This document shows positions 26,111-40,242 of a DNA stretch of 64,000 bases, piece after piece. The notes below the pieces were generated by a model. The model had not been told where the DNA came from and did not search any database. It was given only the letters and a program-made list of their open reading frames with translations. The translations under genes and the position numbers were made by a program. Each line of letters begins with the position of its first letter. Within the stretch, counting starts at the first letter, position 1. This stretch comes from Laetmonice hystrix (Eukaryota): assembly GCA_965235115.1 (NCBI GenBank), contig OZ249453.1, positions 15,686,001-15,750,000 of the forward strand, read 5' to 3'.

Positions 26111-26443
26111 CCTGGTTTTACAGAACGTAATCTCTTGGCCCAGTTTTACAGAACGTAATCTCTTGGCCCGGTTTACAGAACGTAATCTCTTGGCCCGGTT
26201 TTACAGAACGTAATCTCTTGGCCTGGTTTTACAGAACGTAATCTCTTGGCCAAGTTTTACAGAACGTAATCTCTTGGCCCGGTTTTACAGAACGGAATCT
26301 CTTGGCCCGCTTTTACAGAACGTAATCTCTTGGCCCGCTTTTACAGAACGTAATCTCTTGGCCCGCTTTTACAGAACGTAATCTCTTGGCCCGGTTTTAC
26401 AGAACGTAATCTCTTGGCCCCGTTTTACAGAACGCAATCTCTT
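26111..26443. repeat. 28-bp minisatellite ttttacagaacgtaatctcttggcccgg, about 12 copies
   Basis: Directly visible. Confidence 0.97.
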
Positions 26444-27755
26444 GCTGATTGGCATCAGAAGTATGAGAAGTTTTGAGAATCCGGACCCTGGTCAATAAGT
26501 GCGGAGTGAATGCCTTTGAGAAGAGGATGATAGGGTGGGATGTTGCGCGGTTTTGACATCCAGCGGCCAGTCGATTGTAGAGGTCACGACCTGAATATGG
26601 AGACCACCTAGCACAAGTCAAAACACCTCCCCACTTAACGGCAGTCACATAAAATTGATCTCTAAATTTAGACCCGCCGATGGCGGTCACCTGCGCCGCC
26701 ATGGCTTCCTCTTGTGAATGGCAGCCAATCAGATGAGCCGGAGGGGCGGGGAGGTTGGAGACCATTAATGATAGGCCCAAATAAAACGTTTGTACAAACT
26801 GGTGGCGAATTATGTCAGTGTCCAGTGACTATAACCCCCCCCCCCCCCCCCGCCGCCTGCAGGCCTCAGCGACAATGTGATTCATCACCTATACTCTACC
26901 AACACCTCACTGGTCAACCCCACATTCACCAACCTTGACTTTTATGACAGATCAGTCACAGCGGATAAAGCATCTCTGGCTATTTAACCGTAAAGTAGAC
27001 CGCGGTATAAAAAGACCTGGGTCTGGGGACCGTCTAATAACCACCCGGACTTAAATGTACCACCCTAGGATTAAACCCTGAACGGAAAATTGCTACAAAA
27101 TTGTCCGGCCACAATGGAGAGCGAATCCCATATTGTTCGCCATTGTCCAACAAGGCGGCTATTTCCATATTTGAAATACCTGCCATTATTTTTTGCCGAC
27201 AGAGGGCGTGTGTGTATGTAACTGTATATGTAGGCAATCGGTGGTCCAGGTGCACTCGCCCGCTGTGTGGGATGTAGAGAACTACCCGGTATTAGCGCTC
27301 AACCGTATTTACCACTTAGATTGACACTTAGGAGTGGAAGAATGACACTTACTAAGGAGTGGAACATTGACACTTGGTCGGAACATACCAGTGTCATCCA
27401 TATAACAGTGTCATATTACAGAACATGGTAGACAGACAGCTTTCTGTTCCGCCACGTTATTGTTTGTATTTCATGCGTATCTCTGACATTTAAATGTAAT
27501 TTTGATTCTAAGGGTGCTGAAACAATTCTGAAACAATCTGTAAGAAATCCTAATTGAGAAACATTCCCATACAGGCCAGAGCAAGCCATGCCGCCTTGTA
27601 TATCCCCTGCATCAGGCATCTATAGGTATAAGCGGGTTGGAGGAGGGGGTTTGTTTGAAATGCCTTTATATGCCAGGTCGTTTGCCGATGTTTGCTGCTT
27701 GGTGACGGTTGGTAGCATGTTATGAGGTATACGACCGAACCAGGAGCCTGCTGCA

Positions 27756-27821
27756 GTCTGAACGCTCCTGTTCATCGGTCTGAACGGTCCTGTTCATCGG
27801 TCTGAACGGTCCTGTTCATCC
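27756..27821. repeat. 22-bp repeat gtctgaacggtcctgttcatcg x3
   Basis: Directly visible; each unit folds as tgaac/gttca. Confidence 0.9.
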
Positions 27822-30800
27822 CCTGAATGGACCAGAGAAGGCGTAAGGAACTGCTGTTATACTACCATGTCCTTCTGTCGTGTTCTGGCAGCCACGACCG
27901 TCTTTGATGCTGACAGTTGGCTTGGCGATAATTGCAGTCCGTATGTGATTTCATACTTTGCACCCATTGTCCAGCCGGTGATTATGTTAATATGACCATT
28001 GATTTGTGATAGTGTCTAGGTGCTCCCAAGCCGGGTACGGCACTGCCCCAACCTGCTCACTATATGTGCTCATTGAAAGCGCTAATTTCAGGGCCAAGGT
28101 AAATTTTGTTTGCTTGTCATTGTATGGTGTTATTCTCTGCCCACTGCACATGGTGTCGCTAATATCCCTACGGTGGCCATTGGAGCCCCCCCCCCCCCCC
28201 CCCCGAGTTGAATTCTGGTGGTTTAATGTTTGTATTGAGGTTCTGCGGCCGGGTGACAATGCACATGGAATGTTTGTGAGCCAAAAAAAAGGGGCAGATT
28301 TTGTGGTGAGCTCTTGCTCGACACTGCCGTGACCATTGCTGTAGGCAAAGCTTGCCTGGTGAAAGCCGTGGATTCAGTCGACTGATGACCTGCGTGATGG
28401 CTTTTCCGAGCATTCAAATAGACACACTGTGAAATGAGCGAAGATTCCCCGCTCTCCACTGTATTATGACACCACAGAAGGTGATGGCCTTGACTTCCCG
28501 CTCGCGTCCCCATTCACAGTGGGGCAATATTCCGATGGCATTGACGAGGCAGTCGTGGCTCACTCACTCGCCACCTCCCGCCAGCCTCAGTCAAAGCGAC
28601 ACGCGGATATGAACCTTAGCCGCATTGTCACCGCCTCACACGCTAGTGTGAATGCTCGGGCCCAGCAAGACATTTGGGGCGGGAAATCGAGTCATCGCAC
28701 TGACTCCTATCTTAGTTAGCATTTAAATGGCAACTACAGGCTGCCATTTGGTGCTGTGGCTGAATTAATGCGAGCACTTTGGGACGAGCCATTCGTTCAT
28801 TATGACGCATTAGGTACAATTCAATTTGTTAGCCAGAAATGACGTTTTGCAGCAACCTCCACGTCCTCGAGAAGCGACCTTTGCCGCGGCAGCTGTAGGA
28901 CGTTCTGCTGCTCAGACATTGCAACGTCAGAAGTTGCGGCTCTGACGACAAGAGGTACAGGCAATGTGTAATCAATGACCGTTAACTCAAGGGGCGGCGA
29001 GAGTCGAGGCCGAATTGTCTGTGTCATCTGGTGCGTTTGGCCATGAAAAGCTGTCTCATTGGAAGATATTCTTTCGAAATCAGTTTCTGTTATGGCCCCA
29101 TCAGGTGTGAAAGCGGCCCCGGGCGATGGCGGGTCGCGGTTCTGACGGCACGTTTGATTCGGTGAAACCAGCCAAAATTTCCTGTGCCCTGTGTACCCCC
29201 AGGGATAATATACCACAGGCTGAAAATTTCAGCCCAATCTGACCGCGGGACCTTGGGCTTTGTTGTATAGTCAGTCTTGAGATGACCATTACAAAAACTG
29301 CGCAGCTTTATGAGAAAATCTCCGGCATTGAGGGGATTGATTGGACCTGATAGGGCGCGCCCGTGGAGAAGCTTCAATGGGATTGCAGTTAAGTGTTGAC
29401 GGTCGGGAGATGGCATCTCTGCTCAAGGCGGCAACGAGAGAAAGCCAACAGAGATGAGCCCTGTCGAGGACAATTTACAGACGATCTGTTGACGAGAGAG
29501 AGAGAGAGGGAGAGAGGGAGAGAGAGGGGACCCCCTCCCTCTCCCTGCCAGACGCAGCCATTGCATGCAAGCGTCTGTAGCGCGTCTGATCTTGTTGGTC
29601 CCTTCGCTGTGGCGTTCGGCGTTGCTAAGGTTACAGGGTGCACGGTAGGACGACTGTGTCAGCGTACTATGATAACTTAGTAAGGGGGGGTACTTGTCAT
29701 TGCCACCAGACCACTGCCTATAAAGTTATCACGTTAACTTTACTCTTTCTGGATGATAAATGAATGGAATTGCATGTTGGAACTGATGATAGTCATCATA
29801 GGGCAAAGCCGTCGGGTCAGTGGCTTCTCTGAAACATTGGCCACTAGAGGGCGTTGTTACAAACGGTCCCAGGCTCTCTCGGGCCTGCCCGAGTTCATCG
29901 GCACCGCGTCTCTAATGGTGTAATTTTATAGGTGGCTCATTCGATCGTTTGCTATCGATCTGGTGCGATGACAATGAAGAGAAATCAGCAAAGGGCAGCA
30001 CCATAGTGTACAACGTTAAAATATCTGCGAACAATTGACTTCTTAATACCCAAACAACCCATAACATTGTTACGCTTCCGTTAATCAAAATGATGCCATT
30101 TAAAAGTAGGGGTGGATACTTTAACAAACTTACTGGGCAATACACCACATCAGTTTGCAAAAACAAAAATGAATCTGCGTACTTTTGGCTGCAGCCCGGG
30201 TGACTGGGAGGCAGAAGGTGGCACAGGTACGAAGCACCCGGGGCATATCCCAGCGATCACCATTTAATGAGCCTAGTGGTTTGCCAAATGGATCCATTTG
30301 GTGATTATTTTAGGAAAAACACTATCTGATGGACTGTGATTGGTCAGAGAACATGCGCGCTCGAACCAACGGCGTGGAATCTCTGCGCACCATCGGGAAG
30401 TCTCGCACAGACAATTGCACTCTGGGAAATATGCCCGATGCCTGGCAGGCATATAAGGATTGGATGAATAAATTTGTGAGGGGCCGACTCTGTGGCCTTC
30501 TGAAAAGTTTCCTATCAAGTGGCATTTTGTTCACGCCGGGGAGAAATTAAATGATTTCATTTATCCTGGCCATTTGTTGTCACCAAGCTGACGTTAAGTG
30601 TAGTCTAGTAACTTTTCTAATTCAGCTCTAATCGCCTGTATTATTCATCCATTTTACAGGATTCCTTTCTGCCAGAAAATGGTTATAATGGGCGTTAACA
30701 AATGATTAGAGGGGAAATATCAAGTCTCATTTCATCAAATATCGTAAAAATCCAAATAAAGACCCATGCACAGTTGTTATTTTTTCTTTTTAACTAAGCT

Positions 30801-33441
30801 CGGTCCCTTTCTGGGCATCTAAGTTATATTCCCGCTATTTCGACCATATCTTCCTTAGGTTTTCATAACATAAGATGGATAAAATAATTGATGAGAAGTT
30901 GGTGTTTGGTTCATGTGAATAATGTATCGTTGTAGTGACGCAATACTTTTGGCAAGAGCGATGAAATCCGTCGTAAACACATGCATGCTTGGGAATCTGA
31001 GAAACAATAGAGAACATTAGCTCTGCATCCACACGAAGGCAATTTACCGGATTACGGATAATCCAGCAGATTAACAGATTAAGACCTGACAATGGAAACG
31101 TTCAGCCTAATTTTTTTTATTGTCCTAATGTCCTATTCTCGGCCGAATGATCAGTTAAATGAACGGAAGAGAAGAAGTTGATCCCTGCCATCTTTTAACA
31201 GATAAATGAATTCGGAGAAAACTTAATTCCTTTTTTTTGCAGGGGGTATTTAAACTTTCCAGCTGACAGTGCTGAGCATTTGTCGTTGCATGATGGCGGT
31301 GTGGGTTTTTAATACAGACTGGGTAGGTTGATGTGTTTGATGACGTGATGAAATTGTTGTCGACTTTTGGTGGCCTTTGGAGAATGATCCAGGGCCGGGG
31401 ACAATGCCTGTCAGAGGGGATCACGACTGGGGGGTGTGAACGGGCAGATTAAAGTACTGATAACGTAAGAATCACATGAGCCTCAGCCTCAGCAGCCGGG
31501 GTGGGGTGTGGGGTAGGGGTAGTAGGGGTTGATGAAGGTAGACTGGGGTTGCATGGCATCGCGTGCGGGTAATGAAGGAACACAGGGGGTTTAATGCATA
31601 CACTGACACGGACCTGGGCAGCAGATTGGGTCCCGGGTTGATTTTACCCCCTAACCCCCCTACCCCCCCCCCCACCCCCCCCCCCCCACACCCCACCCCT
31701 ACCGGTGAGCGACCATCGCGTGTCAGCAGATCTCACCTTGTCCCAGGGTCAGAGAACTCGTGATTCGATGACGGGCCTGAAACAGACGAGGCGACATTCG
31801 TTGTACGTGCATTCAACATCACAGGCAAAATGTGAAGACAGGCTTGCATTTCTCTCTGAGAGGTCCCGTGCAGTGCACACACTCCGTGTCTGAGGTAAAA
31901 TAGTGGCTGCCACCAGCTCACCATTGTGAAACAAGGAACATGTTAATGTACTATTTACCGAAAATGATATACATAAAAAATACAACATCAGTGTGTTGGT
32001 ATATAAGACGATTCTGGCGCTTTAACTGAATGCCAAGATTGCGAATAAACTTTCTTTATAAAAGTCTGGCCCCATTTCCCAACACCTGGATGTTTATGCC
32101 AGTGTTTGCATGCAGTTCAGTTTCCTGTCAAGATCAGAAGGTCCATTTTTTCGCTGATAATTTCAGCCTTATACATTGAATTGAAGTTCTGCCGTAGGCG
32201 ACTGGTAGAGGTGCTTTTCTCCTCGCGAGCATCGTTAATAAGGCACATCGTCTTGACCTATGGCCTTCATATTCAAAATGTTACAAATGTGCTCAATGTC
32301 GTTGCTCGGAGCTGTGACTTAATCAGATAGAAATATGGGGGATCCTTACCTAGTCCTTTGTAAGGTAGAGGGGTGCCCCCAACCCCCCGACCCCCCTAAC
32401 CCCCCAGCTGACGCTCCGACGGCGCAGAGTGGCCTAACTGGGCACCTGGGCTATTATATATGTGAATGGTCCGTCCTTTTGTGAGTGGCGTCGCTTACAA
32501 AGACAAAAGTAGTGATTACTACGGGAAGACAACCGCCGCGCTCACTAGGGGGAGCTCCTGCTTGGCGGTGATTTATGGACCAACGTGACGAAGGTCGGTT
32601 CAAGGTCAGCAGGGTCACGACGTCTGAATGGGATGTCCCGCCGAGAGAGCTGGGTCATCTTGACACTCCACTGTCACCCTCCAATGATAGCGCAAGCAGT
32701 AATTACGAGTCTCCGCAAGCACCCCCCCCCCTTCTTTTTCCAATCTTTTTAAATGCGATAAATGGGGGAGGAGCAGTACGGGCGTTTTGTCTCGTCGCGA
32801 TCTCTTGACGTCTTCATTATGAACGTTTAGCGTCCATTGGTGGGTCGTCAGTGTCCAGCATAGATAATGACTGCCGATGGCCGCTCCTAAACACAGGGTG
32901 CCGAAACCGACCCTGAAAAACTAGTCCGAGCAACGAACAAAACTCGCACAAAACGTGAACAGCACGTCATGGTGGGGACGCGGGGCGTCACACAGGGTGC
33001 GCGCGCATCCTCGGGGGATTGAGGTCAAGGTCGGACACCCAAAGGTCACCGTACATCTATGTACATGTACTTTGCCGTGTTTTAATACAGGCGCGAGGCT
33101 ATCCCCATCTTTTGACCATAAAAAAACATGTCGCTTTCATATTATGCAGGAGTTGCCAGGTGGACTTGGCGGTATACAAAATGGGCAAAATTCCAGGCCT
33201 ATCTGTTATCATTTGAATGCGGTTCGGTCTTTTACAATTATATGTTTTTCAGTCTAGCATTAGGCTCGGAGTTGCGCTGCTGATTCCTCACATCGCTTGG
33301 CACTAAAGTTTTGACCGATTTTTTTATTAAATGCATAGATTAAAAAGGTTGGTTGAAACTTCATTAAAACAAGAGTTTGCGGTTTTCTATGGAATGTAAA
33401 AGGACCAATCGTAGGAATGTTGCACTGAAGATGTTACTAAA

Positions 33442-33550
33442 GGCCCAGATACACAGGCCGATTTACGGCCGATTTTGAGATACGGCCATTTTCTTTCATA
33501 GGAAAACTATGGAGAAAAATCGGCCGTAAGTCGGTCTGTGTATCTGGTCA
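33442..33550. mobile_element. Small fold-back MITE, Harbinger-like
   Basis: About 35-bp imperfect inverted arms ggcccagatacacaggccgatttacggccgatttt / aaaaatcggccgtaagtcggtctgtgtatctggtc; GGCCC start after taa(a). Right end is degenerate and the TSD is not clear. Confidence 0.6.
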
Positions 33551-34682
33551 GCGCTGCAAACCCATGTGATAATGATGGTCAAGTATTCCCCGTAGTCTGT
33601 GACATGTTGCAGAATGTCTATAGTTTACGGACGCCCAGTCAATAGTTTGTGCCGATGACTATAGAATGATCGTTCTAGCCGGTGAAGCATATACCTTCAC
33701 GTCTAGTGTAATAATAGGTAAAATGTTCCCTTTATAGATGTCCTGTTTTAGTGTAGACAGGAGCAGGTGACAATACGGTCATCAGTAATAATAAACAGGG
33801 TGTCCCCAGCACCTGTGCAGGTCGGAGGATGTGCTGTAATTAATCGAGGACTTATTATTAATTAAACAGGCTTGCCGCTTGTTATCAGTAAACAATTTAT
33901 CATGTGCTCCCAACAAGAGCAGATGGTGGGGAATCTTGCTGCGTGACAGCGACAGGCTTGCGGAGGCCGCCCGGCGTGCTGCTGACATTGGGGCGAGCAG
34001 GGTGACTACGTGAACAAACCCCATCAATTCAACCCCCCACCCGCACCCCCACACCCCACCCGTCCCCCAGGAACACCATCACACCCCCAGAACCAATATC
34101 TGACTTCAGATCACTCCTCATGGCTTTCACCAACCAAAAGATCAGTCAAAATTTGAGCCATGTATTTGTGTTCAGGTGGGAGTTGTGGTCTGGGAATTGT
34201 CAGGTGGGTTTGGTTTTCGCTGCCGTGCGGTTTTGGCGGGGAAGGTGTGTTGTGTATCCACAAAACAGCGAGTAGATGACAATGTTGCCTTTTGTTGCTC
34301 ACACACAGTGTGTGCGCAAGATCTCAGAATGTAGCCACGGCCGCCCATGTTTCAATCAATGGAGCCATTGCAAGCTTCCTCGACCATCATTGATTTTCTA
34401 TGACAGCAGTAATAAAAAAAGGCCAATATAAATTTTAAGTAATCGTTGGAAGGCACTGGACAAGGATGTTAGCAAAAATAACCTATATTTAAGTGGATCC
34501 TTACTTGTATCGTTAGCTCATGTTGTGATCCGACCCCCTGGGCAATGTGCAATGCTTTTACCCAAAAAAAAATATCATTGTCTATCGATTGATTATGAAT
34601 TATTGATATGTATTTATCTCCAGTTGTTTCATGTGAAGTTATAACCCGTAAACAAAAACTGTTTTTTTTTGTATCACTTCAG

Positions 34683-35022
34683 GCGAGGAGCCTCAGTTTT
34701 CCTGCGACCGCTGCTCTGAGGTGTTCCGATCTAAGGTGGCCCTGCGTCGTCATGAGACGTACGTTTGTAATAACCAGAATGCCATCTTTAGTACAATCAA
34801 CCGTGGCTTCAGGGAGACCATCCACCATCAGCACCTGCACCTGCATCAGCACCAGCACCATCAGCAGCAGCAGCTGCAGCAGCAGTTCAGTGATGAAGAG
34901 GATGTTGAGGACCACCAATCCCATCACCCATCTCACCCGGACCGGGCGGAGAGACCACACACCTTTGAAGGTCATCTCAACCCGGGGATCAAGGACCCAG
35001 ACAACGAGAACTCCAATGATAG
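34683..35022 (+). CDS. PRDM16/MECOM: PRDM3/16 coding exon: zinc finger 1 (C2HC type) plus His/Gln-rich linker; phase 1 in / phase 2 out
   Basis: Acceptor ttttttttgtatcacttcag ending 34682; C+GC completes Arg, then EEPQFSCDRCSEVFRSKVALRRHETYVCNNQNAIFSTINRGF. This matches EVI1 ZF1 ([28 protein letters not shown]...AFS, recalled), including the terminal Cys. Probable donor AG|gtcagt at 35022/35023; the 3' end is less certain than the 5' end. Confidence 0.9.
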
Positions 35023-35649
35023 GTCAGTGACTTCAAACTTTGAACTAAAAACATCCTCCTTGTGTGGATGTTTGCGTGGCTGCTTACACAGATTGATGAT
35101 CTCCTAATATTGTGGTTGCATCTATACATTATTCTGATGTTACCTCAGGAAAGCACGTCAGGTATATAAATACAGACATACCTGCAAGTATCCCTATATG
35201 AAAGCACTGTCCCATGATACCTGCAGTTCATATTCTATAGCTAGATCCCCTCATTAGGCGATCTCTTACTTGGTGTTGATGTGCATGCCAGAGGGTAATC
35301 AGTCATCACATAGATATGATACCTGTGAAATATTCATTCACCTCGCCCACCATGCACGGCGATGGCTCCACTCATTGTCTCTTCACCAGCATCCAATTTA
35401 TGAAATCGTTCTCAGCATGTCTTGTTTTTTTGTTCTCAGATCACAATAACGCGAACCAGTATTTTAAATATATCTCAGAGTTATATCTGAAGAGTACCAC
35501 GGTCAGTGCCCATATAACAATGGCACTAGATTATAATTCTCATGTAATCTGTAGGCTAAGCTCACACAAACAAACCTTGGCAGGTGGGACGGGAAGAGAC
35601 CAATAATATAGACTTCTCTAACTATATGTAGCGAGTGTTTGAAGATATG

Positions 35650-36022
35650 GGGTGCAATGTATTTAGCAGTGAAGGCTACCATGTATTTAGCAGTGAAGGG
35701 TGCCATGTATTTAGCAGTGAAGGGTACCATATATTTAGCAGTTAAGGGTGCCATGTATTTAGCAGTTAAAGGTACCATGTATTTGAAAGTGAAGGGTGTC
35801 ATGTATTTAGCAGTGAAGGGTACCATGTATTTAGCAGTGAAGGGTACCATGTATTTAGCAGTGAAGGCTACCATGTATTTAGCAGTGAAGGGTGCCATGT
35901 GTTTAGCAGTGAAGGGTACCATGTATTTAGCAGTGAAGGGTACCATGTATTTAGCAGTGAAGAGTACCATGTATTTTGCAGTGAAGGGTACCATGTATTT
36001 AGCAGTGAAGGGTGCCATGTAT
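35650..36022. repeat. 24-bp minisatellite catgtatttagcagtgaagggtac, about 15 copies
   Basis: Directly visible; explains ORFs 35503-36018 and 35639-36037. Confidence 0.97.
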
Positions 36023-39000
36023 ACCCGGTTAGGATGAGCCGTCTGTTCCTGCTGCGGTTGAAGTGTCGGTTACGGAGACAGACTTCCCTCGCGTGTTTAA
36101 CAAATGACTCGCGTGGCGTTCAGAAACCACTAATGATGCCAGCTGGGCTTGCCAAGTGATGAGCAGCCATGTATCTATCTGTTGCGGGCAGCAAGGGTTT
36201 GCAGTCGGAGGGGGAGGGGGGACACCAACTGATCATTGCCTCGTTAAGTGTCAATTAACTTAATTGGCATCACTTGAGTCTTGGGCATTCATATTTTATG
36301 TGACGTTGCGGGCAAGGGGAGGCTGTGTGATGAAAGGGGGGAGGGGTGGGAAAATGGACGAATGATGTGTGCGCGTGGATTTGGTGCGGGATTATAGCGC
36401 GATGACGTGTTGCGGTGTAATCGTAGCGTTCTATGCCGTCACCCGTACCGCAGAAAACGTAAATATGGTGCGCTTTTCTGACCAACGCCGCTCGTCATAA
36501 TCTTAATTACTTTTTACTTTATTAGATCCCAGGTCGTCTGATCGTACAAAGGGCGACGAATGGGGCGAAATTGCAGGGATGCGAGCCCGGGCAAAAGTGC
36601 TTATGCCGCCATAGCATGACTTGCAAATTAGGATAGCACTGCAACATGAAGAGCAAATCCAAATATTGGTCACCCTTTAGTGCGGGACTGTCATATTTTA
36701 ATTAGCAATGTGCACAGATAGTATGGATGGGGACCGATGGAGCAAATGGTCTGATGTTGTGATGAGGGCTATCTTTGTTTATGGTTATGGCCCAATGACG
36801 TGACCTGACAAGTATCGGTAACGTTAGGATAGAACGATTGTGGATGGCAAGGCTTCGTTTGATCATAATCAGAGCAAGAACAAAGAACGTTGGATTGGAG
36901 CTCACAGTACGACGGTCTGTGATGGCTGTAATAGCGCAGACGTAACGGTATTATTGTATATAGGCATAAATCGTGCGCATGGGAATTATTCAAGTCGGGA
37001 TAAAATAAAATAAAAATAAAATAAATCAGATGCTACCCATACCCAGATATGTGCTGTGTGTCACGTTTTATGCTGTATTTTTAACATAACATTTAATATC
37101 AGATGTTTTTTATTGGGGAACTGAAGAAATGGTGGCCAGTTGAGTTCTCAGCAACTGGTTGAAGGTGTCCGTTTTTTAAAAGGCAGTGCCTGGGGAGTGG
37201 GTTGTCAGAAAATGTCTGAGAAACGTAATTGTTTCTGACATGCCAGGGTCGATCATACTGGGGTGTCTTCGGAGAACCATCCACTTCCGGTCTGTGCACC
37301 CGGATCCAGCCAAGAGTAACTGTTAATACTGAGTTAGAAATGAAATCCCACAAAAAGGGGTATAGGAACCCTCCGTGGGTGGTTGCATGGTAATGTTTGG
37401 ATGGACTAGAGAAATGTCGTCGAAACTATGGTTGTGTCTTGAGCATTAGATCAACTTGCCTTCATAAATATATGCCAAGACAGGGCGGCTCCAGGATTTT
37501 AGATCGGAGATTCCGACAGAAAATATTTGTAAAAAACGGCCGAGCTCGTCCAATTTAGGGAACCATATCAGAACAAAGAAAAATCGTACCAAAAAGATCC
37601 CCGGGATCCACCCGTACAAGTGATGGCTGTACATGGTAGAACGAAGTGTCTGAACAGCTGTTAGTTACATACCAAGACAGAACTGGTTGAGTTGATTGTA
37701 AGGGATGACACGTGGATTCCATGTCGTGCACACTCAGCCCCCAATGGTTTATTTCTTTAATATTACAATGATCTGTCAGTGTCACCCTCTCGCAGTCAGA
37801 CCGGGAGTGCCTGTTTCTTATATTTCACCAGAACGAGGTAGACTTTCAAGAGAACTGATCTTTCCCCCATCAACGTAAAGAAGAGCTAGGGGCCGCGGGA
37901 GGGGGTGGGGGTGGGGTGGTACCAGGCCGCGACAGTGCCGCTGTAACAACCCCACCGTCACAATCCCCCTGGACACGTGACCATCACGGGGAACTCAGAC
38001 ACAGGATGGTGTAGATGACAAGACAACGAGGCTCTTCATTCAGTCTCACTCGGCAGGGGGTCTACAAAAACCCTTACACCCTTCTCCTTATCCACCCCTT
38101 TTGTACTATATCACCCCGGATAAAAACGATACAAAGTGAGGCCGTATATCATCAGCAAGGTCATCACGTTGAAGTCATAAGGACCAACGGAGAAAATTTA
38201 TGTAGACCCTAGACTGTGCCTAGGCAAGTGGTTTTATGATATCGGCAGTTTTTGCGATATATTGTTATGTACATCGTTGTATATCGGTACATCCTTAGAG
38301 TTATCGCAAGTTAAGGGGACTATCAGCCCTTCCCAAGATGGGATAATCCAGTTTCCATGGTAACAGAGGGTGGGGAAGTGTCAGTTGGTGACAGTGTAGG
38401 GTGGAGGAGGTGTCGGACCGACTGACAGTGAGTTCGTGACACGGAACATCTGAGCGTTGTCCCGGGGCCATCGGTACACGGCCGGCGGGAGGCGGGCGGC
38501 CGGTCGCAACACGAGACGGGGCGGTGGTCGAGCGGCCCGGACCCCGGCCCTCCCCGGCCCCCGGCGGCCCTCGGCCCCCGCCCCGGCCCCCGCGCTCGCC
38601 AGCCGTGGGGGGTGGGATGGTACGGATTCCGCCCAGACCGTGTCAAGATGACATTCTCCGGGTCGTCTCCACCAGCCGTGTGGGCTGCGATAACGGCACA
38701 TTCCGTACACGCGTCATTGTGGCTTCTGCCATACTTCCCACCTCCTCTCTCTCTCTCTCTCTCGCCATCTCTCCCCCTCTGTCAAGGAAAATGCCACATA
38801 AAAAGGCGAGTCAGTTGTAACGTTAGAGATGGCAGTATGGGCCTCAGCATCCTGAGCCGTCTAAGGACACGAGTTGTTTTGTAAACAACGACCGTCCCTT
38901 GTATTATTGTATGTCTGCCTCCATCCCGCCTCACTATACCAGCAACAGGTCGTCATGGAAACACTCAACCGAAGGGAGTCAGGGTGGAGATTTAAGGGCT

Positions 39001-39117
39001 AGACATTTACAAGGTCAGTCAAGGTCAGAGGGTCGGAATTCAATGCATTCCTCCCGGGAAACTGTAGGAAATTATAAGGATGAGATGTCAACCACCAAGG
39101 TCGTTTCAAAGATCACG

Positions 39118-39118
<1 letters not shown>

Positions 39119-39148
<30 letters not shown>

Positions 39149-39165
39149 CTTCTTCTTCTTCTTCT
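39119..39165. repeat. (TCT)n microsatellite
   Basis: Directly visible. Confidence 0.95.
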
Positions 39166-39566
39166 CCTCCTTCTTTTAGAGTGAGAATTAATTGCTCAAA
39201 TAATTTAACACGTTTGGTTAGATCTACAAGAACAATCGGGTTATGTTTTTACAGTTTGCTAACATTTATCCTGAAAATGCCCTGCAATGATTGCCTCCGA
39301 GCAAGAACTCCAGAGGAAACATGACCCATAACTCGTCTTGACATCACTAATACACTATTGATGAGGTTCTGTCAGACGGCGGTTGATGCATGATTTCATT
39401 GCAGATTTCTCTCCGGTATTCGGGTATTTGAAAGGGATCAATGCAGTAGTTTCTGGGTCATCGGTTATGGATCAGGAGAGTGGGCGAGATATGGAGTAAG
39501 TATGGCCGCATGAAGCGGGCATGGGAGGAAAGTCTGACAGAGCCAAGGTCTTAAACGGTTGAGTAT

Positions 39567-40228
39567 AGGACCGCTGCTGGTAGGGTCAAGGTCTAAGACT
39601 GCCGAGACAGGACCACTGCTGGCAGGGGCAAGGTCTAAGACTGCCGAGACAGGACCACTGCTGGCAGGGGCAAGGTCTAAGACTGCCGAGACAGGGCCAC
39701 TGCTGGCAGGGGCAAGGTTTAGGACTGCAGGAAGGCGGGGTCAAGACCTAAGACTGCTGGGACAGGGCCAGTGCTGGAAGGGTCAAGGTCTAAGACTGCT
39801 GGGACAGGGCCACTGCTGGCAGGGTCAAGGTCTAAGACTGCTGAGACAGGGCCACTGCTGACAGGGTCAAGGTCTAAGACTGCTGAGACAGGGCCACTGC
39901 TGACAGGGTCAAGGTCTAAGATTGCTGGGACAGGGCCACTGCTGGCAGGGTCAAGGTGCTGGGACAGGGCCACTGCTGACAGGGTCAAGGTCTAAGATTG
40001 CTGGGACAGGACCACTGCTGGCAGGGTCAAGACCTAAGACTGCTGGGACAGGACCAATGCTGGCAGGGTCAAGGTCTAAGATTGCTGGGACAGGGCCACT
40101 GCTGGAAGGGCCAAGACCTAAGACTGCTGGGACAGGGCCAGTGCTGGCAGGGTCAAGACCTAAGACTGCTGGAACAGGGCCACTGCTGGCAGGGTCAATG
40201 CCATGCTGAGTGAACTGCTGGCAGGGCC
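39567..40228. repeat. 41-42-bp minisatellite gggtcaaggtctaagactgctgggacagggccactgctggca, about 16 copies
   Basis: Directly visible; ends about 10 bp before the piggyBac MITE. Confidence 0.96.
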
Positions 40229-40242
40229 GAGTTGGCTGTTAA

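Noticed and set aside
28821-29416. 131-aa and 108-aa minus-strand ORFs
   Set aside because: No recognisable domain or splice framework; treated as chance ORFs pending a blastx.
30284-30301. Perfect 18-bp palindrome ccaaatggatccatttgg
   Set aside because: Roughly 0.2-0.3 such palindromes are expected by chance in 64 kb; no supporting context.
33387-33402. miR-1-like start tggaatgtaaa (and miR-263/183-like aatggcact at about 35519)
   Set aside because: Only 9-11 nt match and there is no precursor hairpin.
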